From: Nitrospira sp.
Lineage (GTDB): Bacteria > Nitrospirota > Nitrospiria > Nitrospirales > Nitrospiraceae
Reading direction: 5' to 3'
Length of the DNA stretch: 64,000 nucleotides
Assembly: GCA_046350995.1 (NCBI GenBank)
Contig: JAXLZJ010000011.1
Location: 122,500-186,499, forward strand
In this document: in pieces, positions 10,839 through 23,530 of the stretch
Position numbering within the stretch: position 1 is the stretch's first letter
How the letters are laid out: every line of letters begins with the position of its first letter
Made by a program: the position numbers and the translations under genes
The notes under the pieces: model-generated
The model's database searches: none
Seen by the model: only the letters and a program-made list of their open reading frames with translations
Told to the model about the DNA's origin: nothing

Positions 10839-10878
10839 AAAGCCCGCTCTTCGCACAAGGAGAGCGGGCTTTTTCTTT
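10839..10878 (+). terminator. Intrinsic terminator
   Basis: AAAGCCCGCTCT-loop-AGAGCGGGCTTTTTCTTT. Confidence 0.85.
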
Positions 10879-10953
10879 CCCGCTTCGCAATCATTTCGGA
10901 AATCGTGTAAGGTTTCGATGCGGCGGCAACGGATTTCTGTCGAGGGGGCAGAT

Positions 10954-12108
10954 ATGTTATTTCCCCGGCATCTGATACGGGCGGCCGGATTCAGTATCCT
11001 GCTCGGCACGCTTTCCGGGTGCGGCTCTGCACCGCCTCCAACCAGGCCCAACCTTCCTCCCTCTGAGAGCGACTTGGTTCTCCTCAAACCCATCACCTTG
11101 TGTGACCGCAAGCCCGACGTTCTGAATAAATTGGTGGGACAGTCCTACTCGAACAAGGGGTGGGGGAGCGGAAAGGAACTGGTCGTGCCTGCTTCCCAAA
11201 GTGCGTCTCACGCCGACGAGTCTTACTTTTTCGACGAAGACGGGCAGCTGGTCGGCGCGCAATTCACCTATACCGGCGGACTTGATTTGAAGCCCTATCC
11301 GGTGTTGAGGCGAACCCTCTCCGTCTTGAAGCCGGAACTGGAATTCTATTTGAACGTTTCCCAACTGGCCACCAAGGGGAATATGGAAAGCAGCGCCATC
11401 TTCGCCACCGGAGATGAAAAGACCACGGTGGAATATCTTGTCACCGGCCCACAAGACCGTCCGCTTTTGCTGATGGCATCGTTCACGATCGATCCCTATG
11501 TCCGGCTGTTTTCTCCCTATCGCAAGGAATTTCTCGACCGGCTTCGACAGCCCGCAGCCGGACAAAATGGGATGAAGATCGAAAGCCAGGGGAGCGAGGA
11601 CAAAGAACCGTTTGAATCCTTGCAGCAGTTCGCCCGCGGCCAAACCGCGCAACTCGCCTACTGCAAAGACAAGAACTACGATATCGCCGCCGATGCCTAT
11701 CAACGGGCGATTACCAGCGGGTTTACGAATAAAGTCTGGCTAGCCGAGGCTCATCATCGGCTCGGGGTGTCGTGGGAAGCGAAAGGGCAGTACGAAAAAG
11801 CCAAGGCCGAGATGTTGAAATCCCTCTCGATCCGGCCGAATATTCCAGAAGTACTGAACAATCTCGGCACGGTCCACAATAAACTTGGTGAAAAAGCGGC
11901 GGCGATGAGTCTCTTTGAAAAAGCGGTGGTCCTTCGACCGAATTACGCCATGGCCCGCTACAATCTGGCCGAGGCGTATGAAGCGACCAATCCCAAGCGC
12001 GCGGTCAGTGAGTATGAAACCTTCCTGGCTCTGGTAGAAGGCATTCCGGAAGAAGAAGGGCGAGTCGCGAAGGTCCAAGAACGTCTCAAGGCTCTGAAGA
12101 AGCCCTAA
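10954..12108 (+). CDS. TPR-repeat lipoprotein
   Basis: Lipobox LSGC; C-terminal TPRs (AEAHHRLG, EVLNNLG, AMARYNLA); upstream TTCGCA-N18-TAAGGT. Confidence 0.8.
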   Translation: MLFPRHLIRAAGFSILLGTLSGCGSAPPPTRPNLPPSESDLVLLKPITLCDRKPDVLNKLVGQSYSNKGWGSGKELVVPASQSASHADESYFFDEDGQLVGAQFTYTGGLDLKPYPVLRRTLSVLKPELEFYLNVSQLATKGNMESSAIFATGDEKTTVEYLVTGPQDRPLLLMASFTIDPYVRLFSPYRKEFLDRLRQPAAGQNGMKIESQGSEDKEPFESLQQFARGQTAQLAYCKDKNYDIAADAYQRAITSGFTNKVWLAEAHHRLGVSWEAKGQYEKAKAEMLKSLSIRPNIPEVLNNLGTVHNKLGEKAAAMSLFEKAVVLRPNYAMARYNLAEAYEATNPKRAVSEYETFLALVEGIPEEEGRVAKVQERLKALKKP

Positions 12109-12130
12109 GCTGAAATCTGGGAAAACCTCG

Positions 12131-12565
12131 TCAGCGGCGAGCTTGCTCTTGTTCTTCTTGTTGGGTTTTGCAGGCGATGCAGAGCGTCGTCACGGGGCGG
12201 GCTTTGAGGCGTTTGTAGGGGATGTCTTCACCGCAAGATTCGCAGATGCCATAGGTGCCGGCCTTCATCCGGTCCAAGGCCTCCTCGATTTTCTTCAGCA
12301 GCTTCTGCTCGCGTTCGCGAATGCGCATGGAAAAGTGCTGATCGACTTCCGCCGAGGCCTGATCACTCACATCCGGAAGAGATTCCTGGTCCTGATGTTG
12401 ATTCAGGACTTCTCCGACTTCGCCCAGCAACGTTGCCCGCTGCTTCTCCAAGGCGCGCCTGATATCGGGGTATTTGCTCTTTGCGGAGGGTTTTCGCGCA
12501 CCGGCGGTGCGCCGTGCGGCGGTGGATTGGCCCGTCGTCCGTTTCCGAGGCGCTCGTGCGGTCAT
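12131..12565 (-). CDS. dksA: DksA/TraR C4 zinc-finger transcription factor
   Basis: DVSDQA coiled-coil tip, YGICESCGEDI..RLKARP.TTLCIAC. Confidence 0.93.
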   Translation of the reverse strand: MTARAPRKRTTGQSTAARRTAGARKPSAKSKYPDIRRALEKQRATLLGEVGEVLNQHQDQESLPDVSDQASAEVDQHFSMRIREREQKLLKKIEEALDRMKAGTYGICESCGEDIPYKRLKARPVTTLCIACKTQQEEQEQARR

Positions 12566-12658
12566 CGGGGCGGCTCCAGACAAGAAAAACGAGGGCCGAC
12601 TATAACAGTGGGATGGAGAGGGGGTCAACGGAAACTATGGTGGAATACAGGTGGGCGG

Positions 12659-13261
12659 TCAGAGATCTCGTCGGCCCTCAATGGACTTGAGCAGCGTGAC
12701 TTCGTCGGCGTACTCGATGTCCATCCCGACGGGAATGCCGTAGGCGATCCGCGACACGCGGACTCCGAACGGTTTGAGCAAACGGGTGAGATAAATGGCG
12801 GTGGCTTCGCCCTCGATCGTCGGGTTCGTCGCCAGAATCACCTCATCCACGCCGCCCGCTTTGACCCGTTCGACGAGTTCGTCCGCGCGGATGTCTCCGG
12901 GCCCGACGCCGTCGAGCGGGGACAGCGAGCCCAACAGCACGTGATACAGACCGCGATAGCCGGCGGCGCGCTCCACGGCGTAAATCGTGCTCGGTTCTTC
13001 CACCACCAGAATCTTCGACCGGTCTCGTTTGGGGTCGACGCAGAATTCACATAGCTCGCCCTCGGCGATGTTCCGGCATTGTCGGCAGAACGCGAGGCCG
13101 TCCTTGACTGCACGAATCGCATCGGCGAGGCGCAACGCTTCGTCCCGTTCGGTTTTCAGAAGATGGAACGCCAGCCGCTGCGCGCTCTTCTGTCCCACGC
13201 CGGGGAGTCGCACCAGCTCTTTCACCAGGCGGGCGAGGAGGCCCTGCTGATCGATCGCCAT
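12659..13261 (-). CDS. recR: Recombination protein RecR
   Basis: LPGVGQKSAQRLAFHL, C4 zinc finger, TOPRIM (ATNPTIEGEAT). Confidence 0.98.
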   Translation of the reverse strand: MAIDQQGLLARLVKELVRLPGVGQKSAQRLAFHLLKTERDEALRLADAIRAVKDGLAFCRQCRNIAEGELCEFCVDPKRDRSKILVVEEPSTIYAVERAAGYRGLYHVLLGSLSPLDGVGPGDIRADELVERVKAGGVDEVILATNPTIEGEATAIYLTRLLKPFGVRVSRIAYGIPVGMDIEYADEVTLLKSIEGRRDL

Positions 13262-13263
13262 CG

Positions 13264-13587
13264 CTAAAAGAGCCCCGGCATCTTGAGGCCGCCTGTCAGC
13301 GCTTTCATGTCCTGCTCCATCAATTCCTTCGCCTTGCGCAGCGCTTCGTTGGTCGCGGCCAGCACCAGGTCCTGGATCATCTCCACGTCGCCGCTCTTGC
13401 CGACTTCGGGATCAATGACGACCCGGACGATTTGCATGGCGCCGTTGGCGGTCACGGTGACGATTCCGCCGCCCGCCGTCCCGCTGGCTGTTTTGGTCGC
13501 GGCCTGTTCCTGCAGCTTCGCCATCTGTTCCTGCATCGCCTGCGCTTGTTTCAAAATAGCCGACATATTGCCAAATGGATTCTTCAT
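13264..13587 (-). CDS. ybaB: YbaB/EbfC nucleoid-associated protein
   Basis: KQAQAMQEQM, GTAGGG.VTVT.NG, DLVLAA.NEA; real start ATG 13587 inside the 433-aa track ORF. Confidence 0.95.
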   Translation of the reverse strand: MKNPFGNMSAILKQAQAMQEQMAKLQEQAATKTASGTAGGGIVTVTANGAMQIVRVVIDPEVGKSGDVEMIQDLVLAATNEALRKAKELMEQDMKALTGGLKMPGLF

Positions 13588-15407
13588 TCCCCTGCCTCCT
13601 TCCGCACGACCGTTCTCACATCGGCGAGTTCTGCGTCGAAGATTTCCAATGCCTGTTTCACCACCGGATTCGCCCGAGCCCGGTCGAACAACACCACCCG
13701 CTGCTCCTGTTCCTTGGCCGCGCGCAATTGCGCCATCGTGGGGCCGGGCGGATCGGCGTCCGACAATTCGATCACCCGAATGCGAACCGGCTGACCGAGC
13801 TGTTGTTCGCAGAGGCCGGCCAGAGCCCGGAGGTTGTCTTCCTTTTCCATCATCGCGCGGGCGAGCGTCGCCTGTTTGGCAAACCCGAGCGTAATCAGAG
13901 TTCCCTCCATACCGACGAAACGTCCCGCTTCCAAAAACGGCGCGAAATTGGGAAACGACGCGGCGACGGCCTCCTGAATCGAATCCCACTTGAGAGGTCC
14001 GACCGGCGGTATGGGGGCAGCCTGAACGGGGACGTCGGCGACCGGCTGTACTGGTTCGGGGGCCGCCGGTGCGGTGAGTTTCGGCTTCTCGGCCGGAGCT
14101 GGACGAGACGCGGGAGCGGTCGGAGTCGCAGGAGCCGGACGGCTCGTGGCTGTCGGTGAGGGGCGCGACGTTCCTGTCGGCGCCGGGGCTGGTTTGGGCA
14201 GCGATACTGCCGGTTTCGGCGACGTCGCCGACATGGCGGTCTTTGGCGATACGGAGCCTGAAGCAACCGGCGGCGGCACGTCGGTCCGGCGTTCCTGCGC
14301 ATCGCCTTGTCGGAGCAGTCGCGTGGCGCGGATGGCCGTCGCTTCCAACACAAACCGGGGATGGGCGCTGTACCGGAGCGAGTCCTCCGCTTGAGAGAAA
14401 TAGGTGAGCAACTCTTGTAGTTGCTCCGGTGTGACCTGCGCGGCCTCGCCCGCGAGCTGTTGAATATCTTCCTGCGAGGCCTCGATCAGCCCGCGCAGTT
14501 CGGGGCCTGAGGGAACCACCGAGACGATCAGAAGATTGCGAAGATACTCCACGACGTCCGCGCAAAAGGCCTTGAGATCATGTCCCTGGTCGAGCAGCGT
14601 CGCCAACACCGCGAGCGCGGCCGGACTGTCCTGGCGCAGCACCGCGGCGATCATGCCGTGGACCAGTTCCTGTGGCACGGCGCCCAGCAACACTTCCAGA
14701 TCGGCGTGTGCAATCGCGGTCCCGCCGAACGCGACGGCTTGGTCGAGCAGGCTCAGGGCGTCGCGCATGCTGCCTTCGCTCGCCCGGGCAAGCGCGGTGA
14801 AGCTCCGGTCCTCGATCGTCAGTCCGTCTTGGGCGGCGACATGGCGCAACCGGTCGATGATTTCCTGGCGCGCAATGCGGCGGAAATTGTAATGCTGGCA
14901 GCGCGACAGAATCGTCGCGGGAATTTTATGAATTTCGGTGGTTGCGAAGATGAAGACCACATGGGCCGGCGGCTCCTCCAGCGTTTTGAGGAGGGCGTTG
15001 AACGCCGAGTTCGACAGCATGTGGACTTCGTCGATGATATAGACCCGATAATGCCCGCGAAACGGGGAAAACTTCACGTTCTCACGGATCTCGCGCACGT
15101 CGTCTACGCTGGTGTTGGAGGCGCCGTCGATTTCCATTACGTCGACGGAAGTCCCCTGCGCGATCTCGAGACAATTCGCGCAGGTGTTGCAAGGATGCCC
15201 GGTCGGGCCTTGCTCGCAGTTCAGCGCTTTGGCGAGGATGCGGGCGATCGTCGTCTTGCCGACCCCGCGTGTGCCCGAGAAGAGATAGGCATGGGCGATC
15301 CGTTTGGAGTCGACGGCGTTCATCAACGTCTGGACGACGTGCGATTGGCCGACGACCTCGTCGAAGGTACCGGGCCGGTATTTACGCGCGGAAACCTGGT
15401 AGTCCAT
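13584..15407 (-). CDS. dnaX: DNA polymerase III gamma/tau
   Basis: ARKYRP, GTRGVGKTT, IDEVHML..SAFNALLKTLEEPP, SRCQ; Pro/Ala-rich linker. Confidence 0.97.
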   Translation of the reverse strand: MDYQVSARKYRPGTFDEVVGQSHVVQTLMNAVDSKRIAHAYLFSGTRGVGKTTIARILAKALNCEQGPTGHPCNTCANCLEIAQGTSVDVMEIDGASNTSVDDVREIRENVKFSPFRGHYRVYIIDEVHMLSNSAFNALLKTLEEPPAHVVFIFATTEIHKIPATILSRCQHYNFRRIARQEIIDRLRHVAAQDGLTIEDRSFTALARASEGSMRDALSLLDQAVAFGGTAIAHADLEVLLGAVPQELVHGMIAAVLRQDSPAALAVLATLLDQGHDLKAFCADVVEYLRNLLIVSVVPSGPELRGLIEASQEDIQQLAGEAAQVTPEQLQELLTYFSQAEDSLRYSAHPRFVLEATAIRATRLLRQGDAQERRTDVPPPVASGSVSPKTAMSATSPKPAVSLPKPAPAPTGTSRPSPTATSRPAPATPTAPASRPAPAEKPKLTAPAAPEPVQPVADVPVQAAPIPPVGPLKWDSIQEAVAASFPNFAPFLEAGRFVGMEGTLITLGFAKQATLARAMMEKEDNLRALAGLCEQQLGQPVRIRVIELSDADPPGPTMAQLRAAKEQEQRVVLFDRARANPVVKQALEIFDAELADVRTVVRKEAGE

Positions 15408-15497
15408 GGGGCGGTGTTCGCGTATCGTGATTCGAAAGACGTCTCGACTGCACGCTTTCACGAATGACGCGTCCTGAGCGACGCAGTCGGAAAAAGC

Positions 15498-15598
15498 GGG
15501 GCCAGGTGATCCTGCGGCACACAAAACTGACCGCTTACCGTTGCTTCCTTCCGGACCTGGCGGGGTTCACAGGGTCTTGTTGCACAGGGCCCGGCCCC
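15498..15598 (-). ncRNA. ffs: Signal recognition particle RNA (small 4.5S type)
   Basis: Minus strand GAACCCCGCCAGGTCCGGAAGGAAGCAACGG core, GGGGCC...GGCCCC closing stem, upstream of dnaX. Confidence 0.93.
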
Positions 15599-15673
15599 TT
15601 TCACCTTGATGCGAGGGGAGTGATCCGCTCGCCAAGTTTCTTCCTGGTGGCTCGCGGTCGAGCTAGTTCCGTA

Positions 15674-15763
<90 letters not shown>

Positions 15764-15783
15764 GCGCCCATACGAGAGGTGGG

Positions 15784-15813
15784 ATTGTAGCATTGCGATC
15801 CGGTAAGCGGCAA
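15784..15813 (-). promoter_or_regulatory. sigma70-type promoter of tRNA-Ser-ffs-dnaX unit
   Basis: TTGCCG-N18-(TGC)TACAAT. Confidence 0.65.
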
Positions 15814-15893
15814 GGCGCGAACGGGTCGTGTTGCGCAGTGTTTGACCCTCCCTCCCCCGTTTCCTATACTGCGGCGAGAAGGGAAGGTGTCCG

Positions 15894-17543
15894 ATGAAAA
15901 TCGTGATCGGCGTCGGGGTTGTTCTCGTCGTACTCGTTGGGGTGGTGCTGTCGCTCCCGTTTTTAATCGATCTCAACAAGTATCAAGATCAGTATCGTCC
16001 GCTGATCGAAGAGGCGCTGAATCGGAAGGTGACGATCGGGGACATTCGCCTCACGATCTGGCCCCGTTTGGGTGCCCGAGTGGCGGGGCTCACCGTTGCG
16101 GAAGATCCCGCCTTCGGGTCCGGTCCCTTTACATCCCTCTCATCGGTCGATGTCGGTGTGAAACTCATGCCGCTGCTGAGCGGCAAGGTCGAAGTCGAAG
16201 AAATTACACTCCGCGATCCGCTGATCACCGTTATAAAAAACAAAAAAGGTGTGCTGAACGCGTCGACACTGGGACGCAAGGGAGTGGCCGCACCGGAGAC
16301 ACCGTCGCGCGCGCCCGTGCCGTCGCCCGACGGACCACTGAAAATCCTCGCGCTCCTGGCGGTGGATCGCGTGTCGATTGCCGGCGGGAAGATCACGTAT
16401 CGGGACGAGTCGCAGGCGAAGTCGGTCGAGTATCAGCTGCAAGATCTGGAGCTGTTGTTACGGTCGGTCCATCTGGGCGAGTCGCCGACACTGCACTTGG
16501 GGACGCTGGTTCAGCCGCTGAATCTTCCGGTTTCGCTCGATGGGACGTTCGGCCCGCTCAAGGAAAGCGCGGATCTCGACGCGATCAATTTCCGGCTGGC
16601 TCTCGGGACGACGGAGTTTGCGATCACGGGCAAGACTGGAGGTCAGCAGGCATCGCTCACGCTGACATCACCGGCGATCAATACGGCCAATCTTCCCCTG
16701 ACGTTGCCGCTCAAAAAGCCGGTCGAGGCCAAGAACTTCAAGTTGACGGCGGACAGCAAAGGGGCGCAACTCACGTTGCGGGATCTCTCGTTCGATCTCT
16801 TCGACGGGAAGCTTGCTACGCAAGCCGCACTGCAGTCGGGGAGTGAGGCGCCTCCGTTTAACGCGACGCTGTCCATGAAGGGAATTCAGCTTGCGCCCGC
16901 TATTGCCGTGGTGACAGAGACGCCTGTGTCCGTGACCGGGACGGCTGGGCTGGATGTGTCACTCAATGGTCAGGGATTTTCGATGGTGGACCTTACGAAA
17001 ACGCTGGAAGGGACCGGCCACGTCGGCGTCAAGGATGGAAAAATCGACGGAATGAATCTTCTCCAGGAGGCGGTGTCTATCTTGAAAGTGGTCGGCATTT
17101 CGGTCGGAGACGCGAAAGCCACCGCCTTTTCCACGATCGAAACGGATCTGGGCATCAGCAAAGGCGTAGTCACGCTGTCGAAGCTCCTGATGGACAGTCA
17201 CGATTTCCAAGCGACCGGCGGGGGGACGATCGGATTCGACCACGCGCTGAACATGACCCTCAATCTGAACCTGTCCGAATCGCTCAGCCAGCAACTCGCT
17301 GCATCTTCGCCGGTCGCCCGCTTGGCTTTGAAGGAAGGACGCCTGACCCTGCCGTTGTTGATCGGCGGGACGCTCGAAGAGCCGACCTACGGACTGGATA
17401 TGAAGGGACTGACCGGGAAGGTTCAGGAGCAGATCAAGCAAAAGGCGCAGGAGGCCATCGGCGGCTTGCTGAAGGGCACTACAAAGCCGAAAGATCTCGA
17501 ACAAGAGGGGAAGCAACTCTTGAAAGGCTTGTTCGGCCGGTAG
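15894..17543 (+). CDS. AsmA family protein
   Basis: N-terminal TM anchor, IDLNKY, LTIWPRLG, repeated beta-groove segments, AsmA-like C-terminus. Confidence 0.88.
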   Translation: MKIVIGVGVVLVVLVGVVLSLPFLIDLNKYQDQYRPLIEEALNRKVTIGDIRLTIWPRLGARVAGLTVAEDPAFGSGPFTSLSSVDVGVKLMPLLSGKVEVEEITLRDPLITVIKNKKGVLNASTLGRKGVAAPETPSRAPVPSPDGPLKILALLAVDRVSIAGGKITYRDESQAKSVEYQLQDLELLLRSVHLGESPTLHLGTLVQPLNLPVSLDGTFGPLKESADLDAINFRLALGTTEFAITGKTGGQQASLTLTSPAINTANLPLTLPLKKPVEAKNFKLTADSKGAQLTLRDLSFDLFDGKLATQAALQSGSEAPPFNATLSMKGIQLAPAIAVVTETPVSVTGTAGLDVSLNGQGFSMVDLTKTLEGTGHVGVKDGKIDGMNLLQEAVSILKVVGISVGDAKATAFSTIETDLGISKGVVTLSKLLMDSHDFQATGGGTIGFDHALNMTLNLNLSESLSQQLAASSPVARLALKEGRLTLPLLIGGTLEEPTYGLDMKGLTGKVQEQIKQKAQEAIGGLLKGTTKPKDLEQEGKQLLKGLFGR

Positions 17544-17558
17544 GGGCAGGAGGATCGA

Positions 17559-18344
17559 ATGATCGAGATGGAAGCCGTCACGCAGTATGCCGTGCAATAC
17601 GGGTTGAAAGCCGTCGTTGCCGCCGGCATTTTTGCCGTCGGATCGTTGGTGGCTCGTTCGGCCGGGCGCTTGGCCCAGCAGTGGCTGGAAACCCAGACGC
17701 TGGAGCCGCCCGTCCGCATGCTGCTGGTACGGATCGTCAAGATTGTCGTGCTGCTGTTCACTGCGGTCATTGCGCTCGATGCGCTGGGCGTTCCGATTGC
17801 CCCGCTCGTGGCCGGTATCGGTGTCGCAGGTGTCGGCATCGGTCTCGCCTTGCAGGGTGTGTTGAGCAACGTGATGGCCGGTTTGTCGATCATCTTCACC
17901 AAACCGTACAAGGTCGGGGAGCACATTTCCTTGCTGGGCGTGCACGGGGACGTCGTGATGATCGATATCTTCTCGACCACGCTGATGCACCCGGATCATT
18001 CCAAGGTCGTCATCCCCAATCGCAAGATTGTGGGCGAGATCCTTCACAATTTTGGGACGATTCGACAGCTCCACCTGACCGTGGAGGTCTCGTATAAGAC
18101 GGATTTGAATCAGGCGCTATCGATTGTCGGCGAGATCGTGACCGCCCACCCTCACGTGTTAAAGGATCCGGCCGCGCCCATTGGGGTGAGCCGGTTGGGG
18201 CATCCGGCGATCACGATCGCGATCGAGCCTTGGACCAAGGTCGTGCACTACGGCTCCTTGCAGGCGGAGCTCAGCAAAGCGATCGTTGAGCGGCTGCGGT
18301 CGGCCCAGGTCGAATTCCCCGCCGTAGTCGCGCCGGCGACCTGA
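17559..18344 (+). CDS. mscS: Small-conductance mechanosensitive channel (MscS family)
   Basis: GIGVAGVGIGLALQ..LSN..AG, KPYKVGE, VIPN. Confidence 0.9.
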   Translation: MIEMEAVTQYAVQYGLKAVVAAGIFAVGSLVARSAGRLAQQWLETQTLEPPVRMLLVRIVKIVVLLFTAVIALDALGVPIAPLVAGIGVAGVGIGLALQGVLSNVMAGLSIIFTKPYKVGEHISLLGVHGDVVMIDIFSTTLMHPDHSKVVIPNRKIVGEILHNFGTIRQLHLTVEVSYKTDLNQALSIVGEIVTAHPHVLKDPAAPIGVSRLGHPAITIAIEPWTKVVHYGSLQAELSKAIVERLRSAQVEFPAVVAPAT

Positions 18345-18367
18345 GTCAACATCCCGCTCCTGCCCCG

Positions 18368-18397
18368 TTGACAGTACCTCGCGCCCAGTGGTACCTT
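18368..18397 (+). promoter_or_regulatory. sigma70-type promoter of atpHAGDC
   Basis: TTGACA-N18-(TGG)TACCTT. Confidence 0.65.
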
Positions 18398-18470
18398 GGC
18401 GCGCCAATTTTCGTGCGGATCGCACGGATCTCTTTCGTGTGCCTCCAGTAGAAGTGAGTGAACCAGGACA

Positions 18471-19010
18471 GTGATTAAGACAGCAGTTGCGCGACGTTAC
18501 GCCCAGGCCCTCTTCGAGCTTCTCGATCAATCGACCATCGAAGCGACGCGGGGTACTCTCAATGGCTTGGGACAGGCCATCAAGGACTCCGATCAGCTCC
18601 GCCATGTCGTGGCGTCGCCCGCGTTCGGGGTCGAAGAGAAAATCGCCGTTCTCACGGCGCTCGGCGACAAGCTCGGCTGTCCGCCTGCCGGCAAGGCGTT
18701 TCTCGGCCAACTGGTGAAGAAAAACCGGGTCGGCTTCCTTCCAGAAATCGCCGACGCGTTCGGGAAACTCGTGGACCAATCCAAGGGCACTCAGCCGGTG
18801 ACGGTGTCCTCCGCGGCGGTGCTGCCGCCTGTGGAACAAGATCGAATCAAAACGCGCCTGCGCGAGACGCTCAAGCGCGAAGTCGACGTGACCTTTCAGA
18901 CCGACCCCGCGCACCTCGCCGGATTGCAGATTCATATCGGCAGCACGGTCGTCGACAGCACCGTCCGAGGTCGCTTGCGCGCCATGCAGAGTTTGTTGAC
19001 GAAGGAGTAG
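18471..19010 (+). CDS. atpH: ATP synthase F1 delta
   Basis: [15 protein letters not shown]/delta pattern, first gene before atpA. Confidence 0.95.
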   Translation: MIKTAVARRYAQALFELLDQSTIEATRGTLNGLGQAIKDSDQLRHVVASPAFGVEEKIAVLTALGDKLGCPPAGKAFLGQLVKKNRVGFLPEIADAFGKLVDQSKGTQPVTVSSAAVLPPVEQDRIKTRLRETLKREVDVTFQTDPAHLAGLQIHIGSTVVDSTVRGRLRAMQSLLTKE

Positions 19011-19012
19011 CC

Positions 19013-20530
<1,518 letters not shown>

Positions 20531-20552
20531 CGACTGCCGGAGCGTCTGACCG

Positions 20553-21431
20553 ATGCCAAGTTTACAAAGCCTGCGCCGTAAAATTTCGGCGTTCAAAAAT
20601 ACCCAGAAGATCACCAAGGCCATGAAGATGGTGGCCGCGGCGAAGCTTAAGCGTTCGCAGGACCGTATCCTGGCCGCGCGCCCGTACGCGCACAAGATGC
20701 GTGGCGTGCTGAGCAATCTGAGCCAGCGCGTGAATCGCTCGGCCCATCCGTTGCTCCAAAAGCGCGAAGGCAAGAAGATCGAGGTGCTGGTCGTCACCAG
20801 CGACCGCGGTCTCTGTGGCGGCTTCAACGGCAACATCGTCCGCAAGAGCGCCGAGTTCGTGCGACAATGCGAAGCCCGCGGTCTCCAGGTCAATCTGAGC
20901 ATCATCGGCCGCAAAGGCCGTGACTATTTCCGCCGCCGGACTTGGCCGATCCGTCAGGAGTGGACCGGCATTTTCGATAAGCTGAGTTTCGAGCACGCCA
21001 TCGACATCGGCGGCGACCTCACGGACAATTTCGTGAAGGGCACGTTCGATGAGCTATACGTTGTGTACAACGAGTTCAAGTCCGCCATTCAACAACGTGT
21101 GATCGTCGAGAAGCTCTTCCCCGTTGACGCGCAGGCTGAATTCGGCGCGGCGGAGGGCGAAGGAACGACCGGCGGCAGTTACCTCTACGAACCGGATGAG
21201 GCGGAACTCTTGAACGCGCTCGTCCCGAAGCACTTCCAGGTGCAGGCCTATCGGATTTTGTTGGAGTCCGCGGCTGCCGAACACGGCGCCCGCATGGCCG
21301 CCATGGACGGCGCGACGCGCAACGCCGGCCAGCTCATCAAGAAAGTTACGCTCTATTACAACAAGACCAGACAGGCTGCGATTACGAAAGAACTCATGGA
21401 TATCGTCGGCGGCGCCGAAGCGCTCAAATAG
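20553..21431 (+). CDS. atpG: ATP synthase F1 gamma
   Basis: KITKAMKMVAAAK, SDRGLCGGFN, YNKTRQAAITKE. Confidence 0.99.
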   Translation: MPSLQSLRRKISAFKNTQKITKAMKMVAAAKLKRSQDRILAARPYAHKMRGVLSNLSQRVNRSAHPLLQKREGKKIEVLVVTSDRGLCGGFNGNIVRKSAEFVRQCEARGLQVNLSIIGRKGRDYFRRRTWPIRQEWTGIFDKLSFEHAIDIGGDLTDNFVKGTFDELYVVYNEFKSAIQQRVIVEKLFPVDAQAEFGAAEGEGTTGGSYLYEPDEAELLNALVPKHFQVQAYRILLESAAAEHGARMAAMDGATRNAGQLIKKVTLYYNKTRQAAITKELMDIVGGAEALK

Positions 21432-22907
<1,476 letters not shown>

Positions 22908-22923
22908 ATCGGCAGTCGGACGA

Positions 22924-22991
22924 GCATCCTCCTGGCTCGCGCAACGCGCGGTCTCGGAAGACCCTCGTTGGACGCGCGCAGGGGAGGATGC
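22924..22991. repeat. Intergenic long imperfect hairpin (REP/MITE-like element)
   Basis: Nested stems GCATCCTCC/GGAGGATGC, CGCG/CGCG, CAACG/CGTTG, GGTCT/AGACC; single copy in this window. Confidence 0.5.
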
Positions 22992-23037
22992 ATCGCTCCT
23001 TCCGCCTTCTGAGTAGACAGCGAGGAATCAGGAAGAG

Positions 23038-23460
23038 ATGGCTGGAAAAATTCTGTTAGAGGTCGTGACGCCGGAGAAGCAGCTGCTGAGCCAGCAGGTG
23101 GACGAGGTAATCGCCCCTGGCTCGGAAGGCGAGTTCGGTGTGTTGCCCGGTCATTGCCATTTCCTCTCCACGTTGCGCATCGGCGAGCTAAGGTATCGGG
23201 TCGGCGAGCAGACGAGTCATATGGCCGTCCTCTGGGGCTATGCGGAAGTCACGCCGACCAAGGTCACCATCATGGCTGAGATCGCCGAGAAGGCGGAGGA
23301 TATCGACGTGAGCCGCGCTCAAGCCGCGTTTGAAAAGGCGGAACAACGGCTCAAAGCTGGTGGGCTGCCCTCCGAGGTCAAGGAAGCCGAAATCAGCCTG
23401 GAGAAGGCCCGCCTCCGGAAGAAAATCGCCGAACGCGCGCGTAAAGCAGGCCACGCGTAG
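23038..23460 (+). CDS. atpC: ATP synthase F1 epsilon
   Basis: LEVVTPEK, EGEFGVLPGH, EDIDVSRA. Confidence 0.98.
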   Translation: MAGKILLEVVTPEKQLLSQQVDEVIAPGSEGEFGVLPGHCHFLSTLRIGELRYRVGEQTSHMAVLWGYAEVTPTKVTIMAEIAEKAEDIDVSRAQAAFEKAEQRLKAGGLPSEVKEAEISLEKARLRKKIAERARKAGHA

Positions 23461-23530
23461 ACTGTACCCAGAGTCGTTTCCGAAGGATTCTGCCGCCCCC
23501 GTACCCCTGTTCACTCGCACGGTGCAGCCT

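Noticed and set aside
13584-15407. Programmed frameshift or slippage in dnaX making gamma
   Set aside because: No A_AAA_AAG heptamer or long homopolymer run found in the linker by eye
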